Assembly: GCA_025594325.1 (NCBI GenBank)
Contig: JANHCV010000009.1
Location: 1,054,001 to 1,118,000 of the forward strand
Direction: 5' to 3'
DNA length: 64,000 nt
Source of the DNA: Blastocladiella emersonii ATCC 22665
Lineage: Eukaryota; Fungi; Blastocladiomycota
The notes under the pieces were generated by a model. That model did not search any database and had not been told where the DNA came from. It saw only the letters and a program-made list of their open reading frames with translations. Both the position numbers and the translations under genes were made by a program. Positions within the stretch are counted from its first letter, which is position 1. Every line of letters begins with the position of its first letter. Below are positions 33,612 to 46,984 of this stretch, in pieces.

Positions 33612-34071
33612 ATGTCCAGCGCGCCCCAGATCACCATCCACATCCGTCACGACGAAACGGACCTCGGTACGCCGCATCATTCTTGTGGTTCGTTTGCGGC
33701 CGCTGCTCACGCAATGGTGTGTGAATGTAGACTTTCGCGTGCGCGCGTCGACCAAGTGGTCCAAGGTCCTGGTACGACTCCCCCGTTACTCGGCTGAGAA
33801 GCGAGGGCACTAACAGTCGACGTCGCCGAATGCGTAGAAAACGTTCACGTCCAAGACGGGCAAGAAGGCCGACGACGTCCGGTTCACGCGGTCCGACAAC
33901 GGCCAGGTGATCCCGACGACGCCCGACCTGCCCGTCACCGAGGTACGGGCCGTGCAGCCGTTACGGCGCACCCTCGCAGTTGGCTGACCCTTCCCCGCAA
34001 TGTAGCTCGGCATCAAGGATGGCGACGAGCTGACTGTCGAGGAGATTCAGGTCGGCGGCGGCCGGTCGTGA
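33612..34071 (+). CDS. divergent SUMO-like ubiquitin-fold modifier (~88 aa)
   Basis: Four exons give MSSAPQITIHIRHDETDLDFRVRASTKWSKVLKTFTSKTGKKADDVRFTRSDNGQVIPTTPDLPVTELGIKDGDELTVEEIQVGGGRS. It aligns to the Smt3 pattern and ends in QVGG plus a short tail. Missed by the ORF track. Confidence 0.8.
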
Positions 34072-34314
34072 TCGCGCGCGCGCGCGCTGTGTGTCTCTCG
34101 TTTGTCTCTCCCATGCTTCCCCACCGGTAATATAAAACGCTGCGAAACCGACCCGACCCATGCATGCGTGCCCGTCTGTGGGCCGCGTTGGCCGATCAGC
34201 CTGGCGTGTGAGCGACGCGATCGACCAAACCTCCCTCCCTCTCCCTGCCCATTCGCACACCCCCCAGTTTTGATTCCCCCCTCCACACTCCATGCAACAC
34301 CGATACCAACACCA

Positions 34315-37300
34315 ATGAACCATCATAGACCCGCCACGGCCGCGCTGCCGTACCTGCGCACGCTGCGCGCGCCCGACGCGGTGCAGGCGTTTGCCACGGG
34401 CGAGTTTCTCGAGCGCGACCGCCACGACCTTGTGCTTGCGCGCGTACGCCGTCGTGACTCTGTCAGCCTCTCCATGCGCACCGCTCATTCTATCGACTTT
34501 TAGGGCGACGCCCTCGAGCTGCACACGCTCGACCCGGAGTCGCTGACGCTCGCGTGCCGCGGCACCTACGCGCTGCACGCGGCCCCGCTCGCCGTCCACG
34601 CGTTCCCGCTGCGCGACGTGCGGTCCAGCGTGTTCGACGATCTCGACGTCGAGGATGACGGCGGCGACGACGCCGACGCGATGCCCGTTGACGGCGAAGC
34701 CGTGCACCCGCTGCGCGCGGCCAAGTGGGCCGGCGCGGATATCCTCGCGGTGACGACGACACGGGCCGCGGTCGAGTTCTTTGCCGCGACGTGGGACCGC
34801 GACGGCGGCGGCTCGGGTGTCGTGTTCCATGCGCTCAAGGAGGTACGTCGCGCCGCGCCGCGCCGTGTGCGATCACGGCGGCGCCTGACTCGAAAAATTG
34901 TGTAGATTTCACTCCCCGGCCGCCCGCTGGCGTTCGACCACCGCGAGCTAGGCGCGCACCTGGCCGTGCACCGCGGGACGCGCGACGTGGCCGTGGCCGC
35001 GTTCCAGGACGTGGTGCGGGTGCACTCGCTGGCGTCCGTCGCCGCGTTCACGTCCCCCGATGACTCGTCGCTCCTGCCGAGCGAGTACGCAAACCTCGAC
35101 CCCCTGCTCGGGCCGGTCGTCATCTGGAACACCTTCTTCCTCGAGCCCCACCCGGTCCTCGGCACCTACCACCTGGTCGTCCTGGGGTACCGCGACCTGA
35201 CGAAGCAGGTCGTCGCGTTCCTCGTCGAGCGCAACGCGGCCACAACCCCGACGGCTGCCGCGGACGCGTTCGCGCAACCACCAAACTTCCGCTGCGCGTC
35301 GCTCCCGCTCGACGTGTCGACGTTCCCGAGCCTGGCGGCCTCGTTCCCGCTGCCGTACAAGCACGACGCGTTCGCGCTGGTCATGGGCGCCGAGCTCCTC
35401 GTCATCTCCGCGTGGGACGTGCAGAACGGGAACGTCGCGGGTCTTGCGCGCCGCCGCTTGCCGTGCGCCGGGCTCGTGTCTGGGTGGTGCACGGTGCCCG
35501 ACCGCGTCTCCGAGTACTTTTACCTCGTCTCGGACCAGGGCGAGGTCATGAAGGCCGCGGGCAACGTCAACGCGCGCGGCGTCGCGAGTGTTGGCGGTGT
35601 GGAGATGGTCAAGCGGGTGCCGAATGTGCTCGATGCGCAGCTCGCGCACCTCGGCCGCGATGAGCTCGATGGGGTCATGGTGGATGTGGTCCTTGCTATG
35701 TCGCCGCGGTCCGACTGGCAGATCTTGCTTGTACGCACTTCCATCTCCCCGCGAGGCATCAACTAACCGCGTCTCCTTGTAGATCGGCACCGGCGTGTTC
35801 CACCAAGTCGAGGCCGCGCCCGTCATCGCGCCGGTCCTGCACGCCGTCCGCATGCCGCTGCCGCCCACCGGGTCGCCGTCGGCCGCGGCCCTCGCCACGA
35901 CCAAGCGCCCACTCGTGCTCGCGGCCGCGAACCAGCTCGTCGAGGTGTACGAGCGGATCCCGTTCGTCGTCGAGTCCGCGGCCGAGACGGGGCTCGAGGG
36001 GTACGGTTTTTTGGTTTGGGAAGGTGAGTTGGACTGACGCCCAGGTGGTGTAGACTCGTCTCGGTGCACGTCGCGGACGCGGCCATCGTACTCTCGTTCA
36101 GCTTCCAGACCGTGGTCCTGCACTACGCTGGTGCGTTTCTGCCGCCCACTTTCCCGCCTCGCTGCGCTGACCCGTCGTTTGTGTAGCCGGCGAAATCGAC
36201 GACATCTCCGAGTCGTCGGCGTGGGACTGCACCGCGTCGACGCTCGCCGTCGTGTCGACCGCGGACCACCACCTGCAGGTCCTCGCGCACCGCATCGTCG
36301 CCATCCCGCGCGCTGCGGCCGACACTGACGATTCCGCCACAGCGCCACCGCCCACGTACGTCCCGCCCGAGGGCAGCCACATCTTGCACGCGGCGCCCGT
36401 CGTCACCGACGACTCCTCCCCCACCGCCTCATCCGGCCTCGCGCTCGCCCTACACCTCGCGTCGGGCGAGTACTCGGTCCTCCTCCTCACCCCCGCCCTG
36501 ACGCTGGACCCAGCGTTCCCCGCCCCGCTGCCCTTCACCTCCGCGCCCACCTGCCTCGCCGCGACCCGCGCCGCCGTGTGGGTCGCGACGCACGCGCACC
36601 AGGTCGTGCAGTACCCCGGCGGGGTTTCGGCGGACCTCCCCGACGCCGCGACCGCCAACGCGATGCACGCGCACCCGGCGACGGGCGCGGTCGTCGTGGG
36701 TCTGCGGAACGGCGCGTGGTGCACGCTCGACCCGGCGACGGGGGTGGTCGCGACGCATGCGCGCGCGCTTGGGTTGGGGCCGGTCGGGCTTGTCCCCGCG
36801 AAGGAGGGGGATGGGGTTTGGGCGTTCTGCGACGGCGGCGTGTACGTCGTCCGCGCGAAACGGCGCGACGCGAGTATGCACGCGCACCGCGTCGATGTGC
36901 CCGATGGGGACGGTGGAGGGAAGGTGGTCGCGGTGGCCGGGTTCCAGGGGATGGTGCTCGTGGTCTCGGACGCCGGGCGGCTCACGTTCGGCCGGTTCGC
37001 GGAGGGTGAAGCGGGCGTTGTGGTCAAGAAGTACCCGGACACAGGGGCGAGGAACTTTGTACGTTTTTTTCATCACCCGCGTCGCGATCCACCACTGACT
37101 CTTCTCGTCCGCCGCAGATCCCGCGCAAACTCCTCGCGACCGCCCACGGCCCGACGCCCGCGCTCCTCGCATGCGGCTCCGAACGCTCCGCGTCCGTGAT
37201 CCGCGTGCTCGACGCAGCGACGATGCGCACGGTCTCGCAGCTCGCCCTGCCCGAGTACCTGGCCGCGTGGTGCGAGTGGCCCATGGCCGCGGCGCGGCCC

Positions 37301-38308
37301 AAGCTGCTCGTCGGGACCGCGACGGTCGCTCCGCGCGGCGACGGTGTTGGGCAGGGGACGGTGGCCGGCGGCCACTTCTACGTGTACCAGTTCAAGCGCG
37401 GGACCAACGAGATCGCGGCCGACGCGTACAAGTCGCCCCCGTTTACGGCGCCGGTGCGCGCGGTTGTGGCGATGACGAAGACGTACGCTCTGCCCTTTCT
37501 CACTGTTCCGTACCCTGAGGTTCACGCCGAGTTTGTGTAGCGTGTTCGCGGCAGGCATCGGCAAATCCGTCGCGCTGCACGCCTTCGACACGGTGGCCAA
37601 GACCGTGGTCGCCGCCACCACGCTCGCCCTGCGCAGCTCCATTACGTGTCTTGCCGCATCTTCCCACAGCGGCAACGACTGGCTCGCGATCGGCACTGTG
37701 CGCGACTCGATCGTCCTCGCGCGGCTCACGGGCACGGGCGCAGCGGCCGGGCTCGAGGTCGTGGCGAGCGACGCGTTCGCGCGGCACATCACGCACGCGG
37801 CGTGGACGGGCGGCGGCGGGACCGTGGTCGTCGCGGCGGACCGCGCGGGGGTCGTGGTTGGGCTGCGGCACGGTACGATCATTCCCTCGCGATGCGTACG
37901 CGACCTCGCACTGACCCTCGGCGGGTGTGTGTAGACCCAGACTCGGAAACCTCGACCCTGACGACAACCTTCCTCGTGAACCTGGGCCACCCGCTGTCGG
38001 CGCTCCTCCCGCCCGCCTCCCCCGACGAGGGCGACGACCGCGTCACGGCCGTCTCGGTCAGCGGCGCCGTGCACACGGTCGGGCGCGTGGGCGACGCGCG
38101 CACCGCGGCCGAGCTGCACGAGGCGCACGAGTCGCTCGCGACGCGCGCGTACCGGGCGTACCGCGCGCCGCTGGCGGCGGGTGACTTGTCAAGTGTGGTG
38201 GATTTGGGGCTGGTCGCGCAGTACCGCGGCGAGCGCAAGGAGCAGGTGAAGGAGGCGGTGCGCGATCTCAACGAGGACGAGACGACGGGGGCAGGGCGGT
38301 TTGAGTAG
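34315..38308 (+). CDS. DDB1/SF3B3(Rse1)/CPSF1-family multi-beta-propeller protein (MMS1_N and CPSF_A-like)
   Basis: About 8 exons. N-terminus AVQAFATGEF...DLVLAR|GDALEL; C-terminal CPSF_A-like IRVLDAATMR...LLVGTA...LAIGTVRDSI...VVAADRAG. The orthologue cannot be resolved by eye. Confidence 0.65.
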
Positions 38309-38419
38309 GAATAGGATAAGAATGTACCGTCACATTGCACGACACACGGCGGCGATCAATGATGAGGATGAGGGTGGAGGTGGGTGGATATTCACAAACG
38401 ACGAGGGAGGGCGGGTGCT

Positions 38420-39657
38420 CTAGTACTTGTAGTTGGAGACGTAGAGCGACTCGGAGGCAGCAGCCGAGCCGGCGCCGCCGGCGTACTTGCCGAGCGAGGC
38501 CTCCGAGTTGGCCTTGGCGCGGACCAGGAGCGCCTCCTGGGCGGCGCGCACGTTCTCGGGCTTGCCCGACCACACCTTGAGGACGGTCGCCTGGAGGGCG
38601 CGGCCGTACGAGAAGGTGAGGGCCCAGGGGCGGAGGAGCGGGACCTGGTTCATGGCGTTGAGGTGCAGCGTGGCCGCCTCCTCGGACTGGCCGCCCGACA
38701 GGAACGTGACGCCGGGGACGGCCGCGGGGACCGTGCGGCGGAGCACCGTGGCGGTAGCCGCGCCGACCTCCTCGGGCGTGTACTTGGTCGGGCAGTCGAC
38801 GCCCGCGCACACCATGTTGGGCTTGAGCAGCGTGCCCTCGAGGTACACGTGGTGGTCGTTGAGCTTCTTGTACACGGCGGCCAGCACCTTCTCGGTCACG
38901 AAGATGGCGCGCTCGAGGTTGTGGTCGCCGTCCATGAGGATCTCGGGCTCGACGATCGGGACCAGCCCGTTCACCTGGCAGATGGACGCGTACCGGGCGA
39001 GCACGTTGGCGTTCTCCTCGATGGCCACGATCGACGGCTCGTTGGCCCCGATGCGCAGCACCGAGCGCCACTTGGCGAACCGCGCGCCGAGCTTGTAGTA
39101 CTCGGCGCACCGCTCGGCCAGGCCGTCGAGCCCCTGCGTCGTGGTCTCGTCGACGGTGCCGGCGAGCGGGACCGTGCCCTTGTCGACCTTGATGCCGACA
39201 ATGATGCCGCGCTTGGCCAGCACCTCGGCGAAGGGCGTGCCGTCGGCCGACTTCTGGCGCAGCGTCTCGTCGAACAGGATCACGCCGCCAATGTACTTCT
39301 CGAGGTCGCCGGGGGCAGTGAACAGCAGGTCGCGGTACGCGCGGCGGTTCTCCTCCGTGTTCTCCACGCCGATCGACGCGAAACGCTTGGCGATGGTGCC
39401 CGTCGACTCGTCGGCGGCGAGGATGCCTGGAGAGCGGGGGAAGGTGGCGGGTGTGAGTGCGCGTTCGGGATCGGGGCGGCGCGCGTGCGTGCGCGTGTCT
39501 CATAGCGAGGGCACAGGCACAGGCACACACGCGCGCACGGGCAAGGCGCAAGGCGAGGCGTACCCTTGCCGGCGGCAACGATGGCGCGCGCGTTCTCGGC
39601 GAGCTCCTGGCGGCGGGCCTTGTCGGCGACCGTGGTGGCGGTGTAGTTGTTGGCCAT
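38420..39657 (-). CDS. class I (Schiff-base) fructose-bisphosphate aldolase
   Basis: GK|[73 protein letters not shown]-terminal Tyr. Intron 39563..39427. Confidence 0.97.
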
Positions 39658-40699
39658 GGTAGACGTGTGCGGGGTGTAGCAGTGCAGGTCGGTGCGTGCG
39701 TGAAGGAGAGCGAGGACCGGGCGCGGGGGGCGCGCCGCGTATTTATGTGTCTCGGCCGGATGCTTTGGGGGCGGGCGGAAGGCGGCGCGGCGGGCGGCGC
39801 GTGCGGGAAGCAGGCAAACCTTCGCGGCGCGTCTCTCACCCGCAACGCAAAACCTGACATGGCGGTCGGGCTTCGGACTGACTCGGGATCGGCGCACGTG
39901 CGCGCCGCGCTTCCCGGTCCCCGCCGACTCGCCGCCCTGCCAACACGCTCGACGTGTCTGTCTCCCACTCCGCGCTCCCTGCATCGCCGTCGCGGCCTGG
40001 GAAGCGTCTCACGTCTCGCTCGCTGCTCGACGCGGGCGCGACGGCGGCGGCGACGACGCGCTCGTCTCCCTCCCCTCGCGTCGCGTCGCCGCCGCGTCTC
40101 CGTCCCCTTGCGCAGCCGCACCGCTTCGCCACGATGACGGCGGCCGGCGTCACCCCCTGCAACGTGCCGAGCCGCTCATTTTTGGCCGCCCCGAAACGCG
40201 CGTCGCTCATCTCGGCTCGATAAGATTGCTTATCCCGGCCCCGCGGCTGCGAACCTGGTGACGCTCTCGCTGCGCCACCCTCATGCGCGGATCCCAACCC
40301 GAAACCCTATCGCGGGCAGGAAGCGGTCGGGGTTGATGCACGCCGTGCATGAGGCGCAGCGCGCAGCGCGCAGAGGGAAGGTGCGCGACGCGACGCGACG
40401 CGGCGTTGTTGCACGGCATGCACGCTGGCGGCGACCTGGGTGGTTGACGTCGCTTCACTTCGCGGCCGGGTTCGCGGGTGTGAATCGCAGGCGGGCGTGA
40501 TGGCATCGAGCACGAGAGAACTTGCCGAGCAGGGAAGAGGAGGGGCGGAGCGAGTTGCTGCAAGACACGCGTGATGGGCACGCGGCTGTGTCCGGCGCGT
40601 GTCTGAGCGGGCCAACGGTCGCTGCCGTCGCCGTCGGGCCAGCTATCACGAGCGCACTGCCCGAGGCCTTCTGTCTGTTCCTTGTTCACCGTTGTTGCC

Positions 40700-41698
40700 A
40701 TGAGTCTACCCGTATGAATCTGTCGTGCGCAATGCCGCCAACTCGTGCAAATCGTGAAGCTGATCCGAGCCATCATGCAGGTCCATTACGTCAAGTCCTG
40801 CTACAACGCCCCGGGGTCGTTCTCGGGCAACACGTCGCACGACTTCTACTTCACCAGGCCCTCCGCGATGCGCGACGCAAGCTGCACCATGGGTTGTGTC
40901 ACGGAAGCCGTCGCCCTTCCTTCTGAAGTCGGCAATGGAACCTTCTACCTTGCCGCTCAACCCGGTGCGCTCAGTGGCCAGACCAACATCATGGTGATCA
41001 CGTCGCTGCTGGCATGCTTGACCACAACCTCGGACTGGCAGATCACGCTTGGGCAGCGCCAAACCCTGGGCTCCGTTCGTGTCCAGCCAACTGGGAGCAC
41101 AGCACTTACAATTCACGGGTTCGTCTCAAACAGCAGCGTTTACAACCGCGAGGACTTCTTCACCGCCGACTCGATGACGGTCTCAATTCGTGTCGTCCCG
41201 CCTCCTCCCGCCCCCGCTCCGATCGTCGTCCCTGCTCCCCGTCACCTCGACGCGACGCTGCTTGACTCGCTCAACGACCCGGCCGTGTGCGACGTGGCCT
41301 TCCTCGCTTGCGACTCGACTTCGCCCATCCACGCGTCGCGCGCGATCCTCAAATCCCGCTCGCCCTTCTTCGCCGCCATGTTCCGTGGTAACTGGGCCGA
41401 GTCCATCAAGTCAAGCGAGCCCATCAAGCTGCCCGAGTGGGGCCGCGTCACGCTTGTCGTTGTTCTGCTTCACCTCTACTCTGGCTGGTCGCCGGCCGGG
41501 TCCAAGGCCGCGGTGCCCGCCGAGATCGCGACCGTCTTGGCGCGTCTCGAAGTCAAGACCACCGATCTCGGCAGTCTCGCCGAGCTGACCAACTGCTTCG
41601 AGATCGCGGGCATGCTCGAGTGCTGCGACCTTGTCAAGTCGCTGCGCGACAACGTGGTCGTCGTGCTTGACGACCAGGTCAAGGCGCTCAAGATGTGA
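40700..41698 (+). CDS. MATH-like/BTB protein, array copy 1
   Basis: 12-nt first exon (MSLP) and intron 40712..40780. BTB signature DATLLDSLNDPAVCDVAFL...IHASRAILKSRSPFFAAMFRGNWAES. Confidence 0.85.
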
Positions 41699-42148
41699 TC
41701 TCTGGCCAATTAAGTTTTGTAAACATGTTGTCGGACAGTCAATAAACATGATTTTTAGTTGATTTCAAACAATCTCGCCGGTCTGACGCGCGATCATAGT
41801 GGCCGTCAGAAGCGCGGGGCTTCGCGACCGTGTCCCTCGATAGTTTTACGACGTGGCCAACGTCGCGCTGCTGCGACGCGTCGCTGACGCGTATAATATT
41901 GGTTCAGAATCAACTCGTTGACGGCTCATCCGTGCGACTCCCTTGAGCGCGAATGTTGCGCGATCGTGAAGGCACCGAGCAGGGAAGAGAGAGAGCGCGT
42001 ATCCAGCTGCAAGGAAAGCTTGACGAGCACATGGGTGCGTCCAACGCGTGTCTGCGGGAGCGAGCGGTCGCCGCCGCCGCGGCCGGACCGGCCATCGCTC
42101 GCGCTCTCAAGATCACAACAAGCTTGATCGTTGTTCACAGTCTTTGCC

Positions 42149-43162
42149 ATGAATCTGCCTGTACGGGCCACAATGCACTACCCACGCGCTCAGCCGTGAT
42201 ACTGAACCAGCCAACCATGCACCATGCAGATCGTTTTCTCCGCACACTCGTACACGCCGCCGAGAGCTGGCGATCCCAAGCACTACTTCTCCTTCAGTTG
42301 GTCGGCGGCGGACAACGCGCGCTGCAGCGACGGAGTCATATCGGAGGTTGTTGCGCTTCCTCGCGAGATTGGCAACGGAACTTTCTACATTGCTTTACGC
42401 CCTGGTGTTCAGCCCGAGCTGACCGACGTTAACATCGTCATGTCGTTGCTGACAAATGCGCAGGTTACTGCGGACTGGACTATCTCGTTCGGCCAGCGGT
42501 CCCTCGGGACCATCCGAACTCGGCCAGCCGAGGACAACGTGTCAGCGATTTGCGGGACCGTGGTCGCCAACAGTCGTTTCGGCTACAACCACCCCTTTTT
42601 CGGCGGCGGCATGAGCATCACAATCAAAGTCGTCCCTCCGCCTGCTCCAGCTCCAGCTCCAGTTCCGGCACCGGCACCGGTACCGGCCGCTGTTCCTGTC
42701 GCTTCCCGCATTGACATGACGCTTCTTGGCTCGATCAACGACCAGGCCGTGTGCGACGTCTCGTTCCTCGCGAGCGGCTCGACCACCCCGACCTACGCTT
42801 CGCGTGCCATCCTCGCGTCGCGCTCGCGCTTCTTTGACGCCATGTTCCGCGGGGACTGGGCCGAGTCTGTCAAGTCGAGCAAGCCCATCCGACTCACGGA
42901 GTGGACTCCTGTCGCGCTCGCCGTCGTTCTTCTCCATCTCTACACGGGCTTGACGCTTACGAGTAGCGTGGACGGGACCGATGATGAACTCGCGGTTGTT
43001 TTCAAGCACCTGAACATCGAGCTCACCGACGTTCACCACCTTGCCAATCTGACCAACTGCTTCGAGATCGTGGGCATGCTCGAGTGCAACGAGCTCGCCG
43101 CCTCCGTGCGTGACGGGATTGTGTGCGTGCTCAACAACCAGATCAAGGCTCTTAAAATGTGA
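42149..43162 (+). CDS. MATH-like/BTB protein, array copy 2
   Basis: First exon MNLP, intron 42161..42229. FSFSW...IGNGTFYIALRP beta-sandwich pattern, APAP linker, BTB. Confidence 0.85.
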
Positions 43163-43529
43163 TCACGGGTCAAGTCGGCTTCGTGAATCTGTTGTGTAAG
43201 CTGTATAAATCTGCTTTCGTTGTAATCGGTTGAGTCCCAGGTGATCCCGCGCTGATCCGGCGCGTGATCGGCTGTCTGACGGGTCGTTCATGTGCAGTGC
43301 ACTAGGTCGGACTCGTTGACGTTAACTCGCCGCGGCTCCCATGAGCGTGAAGACCGTGCGAAAGCAAAAGAATTCGGCGTAATTCGCGACCGGGCGGGAG
43401 CGAGGTGGAGGACCTCTCGCGCGTCTGACGCGTGTTTCAGGGTGGATGAGCGCCGCGCGAACGCGCCTCTCCGCTCACTCGTATTCTAACTTGAAACTCA
43501 CCAAAACAGTTGCGCTCAACCATAGTCTC

Positions 43530-44152
43530 CGAGAGGCGTGTCGAGGTTCGCAAGTGGACCACCCTTGGCCCTGCTCGAGTCGAGCTGCCCTAGGGCCTCA
43601 CGTGCGTGGTTGCTGGCGGCGCGGTCGCACCGCAAGATTGTTCCTACGACAACAACCCGTTCACGGTTGATCAGAATGTTGTCTCGGTCCGCGTCGTTCC
43701 GCCTCCTGCCCCAGTCATTGTTGCCGCTCCGCCGCGCATCGACACTACATTGCTTGACTTTATCAACAATCCGGCCGTGTGCAACATTTCCTTTCTCGCG
43801 GGTGACTCGATCTCACCAATTTACACTTCGCGCGCGATCCTCGCCGCTCGGTCGCCCTTTTTGGCCGCCATGTTCCGTGGCAACTGGGCCGAGTCCATCA
43901 AGTAGACCGAACCCATCAAGCTGCCCGAGTGGACCCGTTCCACGCTCGTTGGACTCCCGCGGGATTCAAGGAGGCGGTCCCCGCCGAGATCATGGCCGTC
44001 CTCAAGCGTCTCGAGATCCAGACCGCAGTCTCGCCGACTTGGCCAACTGCTTCGAAATCGCGGGCATGCTCGAGTGTCGCGATCTCGTCGCGTCGCTCCG
44101 CGACAACGTTGTCGTCGTACTTGACGACCAGGTCAAGGCGCTCAAATTGTGA
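43530..44152 (+). pseudogene. MATH-like/BTB array copy 3, disrupted
   Basis: 5' truncated. In-frame TAG at 43903 after NWAESIK, deletion of the VLLHLY segment and frameshifts. The C-terminus NCFEIAGMLECRDLVASLRDNVVVVLDDQVKALKL is nearly identical to copy 1. Confidence 0.85.
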
Positions 44153-44777
44153 ACTCGCGTTGAGTCGATTCGATGCTTGATCTACTTGTACCGGCACTTT
44201 CTCCGTGGCCAATAAATATCCTTATGTGTTATTGCTATAGTTTCCCGTGTTTCTGCGGCGAGCTGCATTTTCGGTCGTGGCCATGGTACGAGACATGGTC
44301 CACGTGATATCGAAACGCGTCGATCAACCACGTGACAGGTGCGAGACACTGTGGGATCACATTGGTACGGTTCATCGCACTGCCACCGACTTTCTCCGGG
44401 CCTCCGTTCATCGAGTTTTGTATTATCCGTATAAACTGCTTAAATAGCGTGGCTCTCAAGCTCACGCACTAACCTGCCCCGCTCCGCATTTCCTGCCCCG
44501 CTCCGCATTCCCTGCCCCGCGTTGATGGACTCGGGCTCGTTCGCGCTCCCGAATGCGGCAAAATGCGCGATCCGAACGGAAAGAGATTACTGCGCAGTTG
44601 GCGAAGGATTCTCCTGTGCATTGCGGTAAAGATCAACGTTAGCCGTGTACGGTCAGTGGCGAGGAGTGAACGGTAAACGGCGAAGGGGCCAGCACGGACT
44701 ACAAAGGTGCGAACTTCCCCCCGCCGCCAATGTTTGCAACTCCACCTGTCTACGACCTTTCTTCCTACTCTGTTGCC

Positions 44778-45774
44778 ATGGAAATGCCTGTACGAGCACC
44801 GTCTCGCCATCGTCTACTAGCGCAAGGTTACGTCGCTGACGGGAGACGCCAATGTGCAGACCGTCTTCTACAACCGCAGCCTGGCCTACTGCCCGCCCAA
44901 AATCGACGGCGGCAACCACGAGTACTTGTTCGAGAAGCCGGGCAGGCGCCCAGTCGATTACACGTACGGTTGCCGATCCAACGCCGTCGATTTGCCTCCC
45001 GAGCTTGGCGACGGAACCTTCACGATGTCATTCCGTCCCAGCACGTGCAACGACTTGCTCGAGTTTGCCGTTACCGTGTCGCTGGAATCCTACTCGGACG
45101 TCGTCACCGAGTGGGTCATCAAGGTTGGTCCGTGGAACCGACTTGGCCCTGTTCGGATTGAGCCGTCCAAGTCGTTCAAGTGCATGGTGGGTGGTGGTGC
45201 CGTCGAGAAGCGGTTCTGGACGATGAACGACACGCCGTACACGGTCAACCAGATCTCCGTCTTTGCTCGCGTCGTTCCGTCACCCATCGAATCGACTTCT
45301 GGCCTCGGACCTGCTTCTGCTCTGCGCTTTGACACGACTTTGCTTGACTCGCTCAACGATCCGGCCGTGTGCGACGTCGCCCTTCTTCCAGGTAACTCAA
45401 CCGAGCCGATCTACGCCTCGCGTGCAATCCTCTCATCTCGTTCGCCGTTCTTTGCCGCCATGTTCCAAGGCAGCTGGGTCGAGTCAAGCAAAAATGACGA
45501 ACCAGTCGATCTGACTGAGTGGAGCCGCGTCGCGCTCGCCGTCATTCTCCTTCACCTCTATTCTAGCTGGACCCCAGCAGATGACGTGGTACCCGCCGAG
45601 ATAGAGTCTGCTCTCGCGCGTCTCAAGGTCAAACCAGCCGAGCTTGGAACACTTGCCAACCTGACAAGCTGCTTTGAAATCGCGAGCATGCTCGAGTGCC
45701 CTCGACTCGTCCTGTCGTTGCGTGACAGTGTGATGCGTGCCCTTGACAATCAAGTCATGGCGCTCAAATTGTAA
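44778..45774 (+). CDS. MATH-like/BTB protein, array copy 4
   Basis: First exon MEMP, intron 44790..44859, intact BTB. Confidence 0.85.
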
Positions 45775-46029
45775 TTTTTGCTGTGCGCCGAACCTGAATA
45801 TACTCACGAGGCTGTGTTTCTCAGTCTCCTTTTTCGTTCCTGCTCGAGTCTCCTGCACACCCGACTGATCACCCTTGTGATCGCAGCTGCCATCATTGTC
45901 ACACGTCGATATGCCCATTCACCGTCCATCACAAGTCCATGCCGTGTCCGAGCCTCGGACCTCGAAAGTTTCGCCGCCCCATAAAACTACGCTCTTCGCT
46001 ATGCGTCAATTTCGCGATCGCAAGGAACC

Positions 46030-46984
46030 ATGTCGAACTTACCTGTACGTGATGGAACTTGGTGCAGAGAGGATTTCGGCTCATAGTCTTGTCTAGGTCC
46101 TCTCTTCTCACGCCAACTCGACCGAGGGATCGACGTTCGCAACGTACACCATCCCGGCCGTTCACTTCACCCCTGATCTTCGGCGGTCGGGCTTTGTGAC
46201 GCGTTCTATCCCTCTCCCGCCCGCAGTCGGCGGTGGTGTCTTCGAGGTCGTCTTGCGTCATTCGATTCGCGAGCATGAACGAGAATTTGGCATCATGATC
46301 CACCCGTACGGTCGGCTCACAGTCGATCTGGAGTGCTCGCTGCAGCTGCGCGTGACGAACCGCCCGGTCCCGACCCTTACTTTGCTCGAGTTCAAGGCTG
46401 ACGTGCACCGCGGCACGACTTACTACTCCACGCCTGCCTACGTCGGCAAGCGCGTCCAATCGGATCACGTCGGCATCCGCGTCCACTTGTCGTGGTCCAC
46501 TTCGCAGGAGTACGATGCGACGCTTCTTGAGTCTCTCAACAACGCAGACTTTTGCGACGTCTCGTTCCTCGTCGGTGACGCCAAGCTGCCCGTTCACGCG
46601 TCGCGCGGCATTCTCGCTGCACGCTCGCCGTTCTTTGGCGCCATGTTCCGCGGCGACTGGGCCGAGTCCACTGATGCCAAGTCCACTGATGCCAAGTCGC
46701 CTGTTCTTCTGCCCACTTGGCATCGCGCTTCGTTCGCTCTTATTGTCATGCACCTCTACACGAAGTGGGTCCCGGTCCGCAGCGACATCCCCGAGCCAAT
46801 CGCGGCCGCGCTTACCAAGTTTGACGTGTGTGCGGCCGAGTTCGACTCGTACGAGGTGCTGATCAACTGTATCGACTTGACGGCGATGCTGGAGCTCCCC
46901 AAGCTCTGCAGCGCGCTTAAGCCCAAGCTGATGGACGCGCTTGATGCCCGGATGGCCGCGGCCAGCGTGTCCGCTGCTGAGTAG
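46030..46984 (+). CDS. MATH-like/BTB protein, array copy 5
   Basis: First exon MSNLP, intron 46045..46096, in frame with ORF 46196..46984. A 15-nt duplication gives STDAKSTDAK. Confidence 0.8.

Noticed and set aside
44403-44580. Partial inverted repeat TCCGTTC...GAACGGA suggestive of a Stowaway-like MITE
   Set aside because: The TIR match is short and degenerate, and there is no TA target-site duplication.
44851-44859. ATGTGCAG looked like a 2-nt insertion disabling BTB copy 4, and GTG/TTG starts were called for copies 1, 4, 5 and 6
   Set aside because: These sites are intron 3' ends or internal codons. True ATGs lie in upstream micro-exons conserved across the array.
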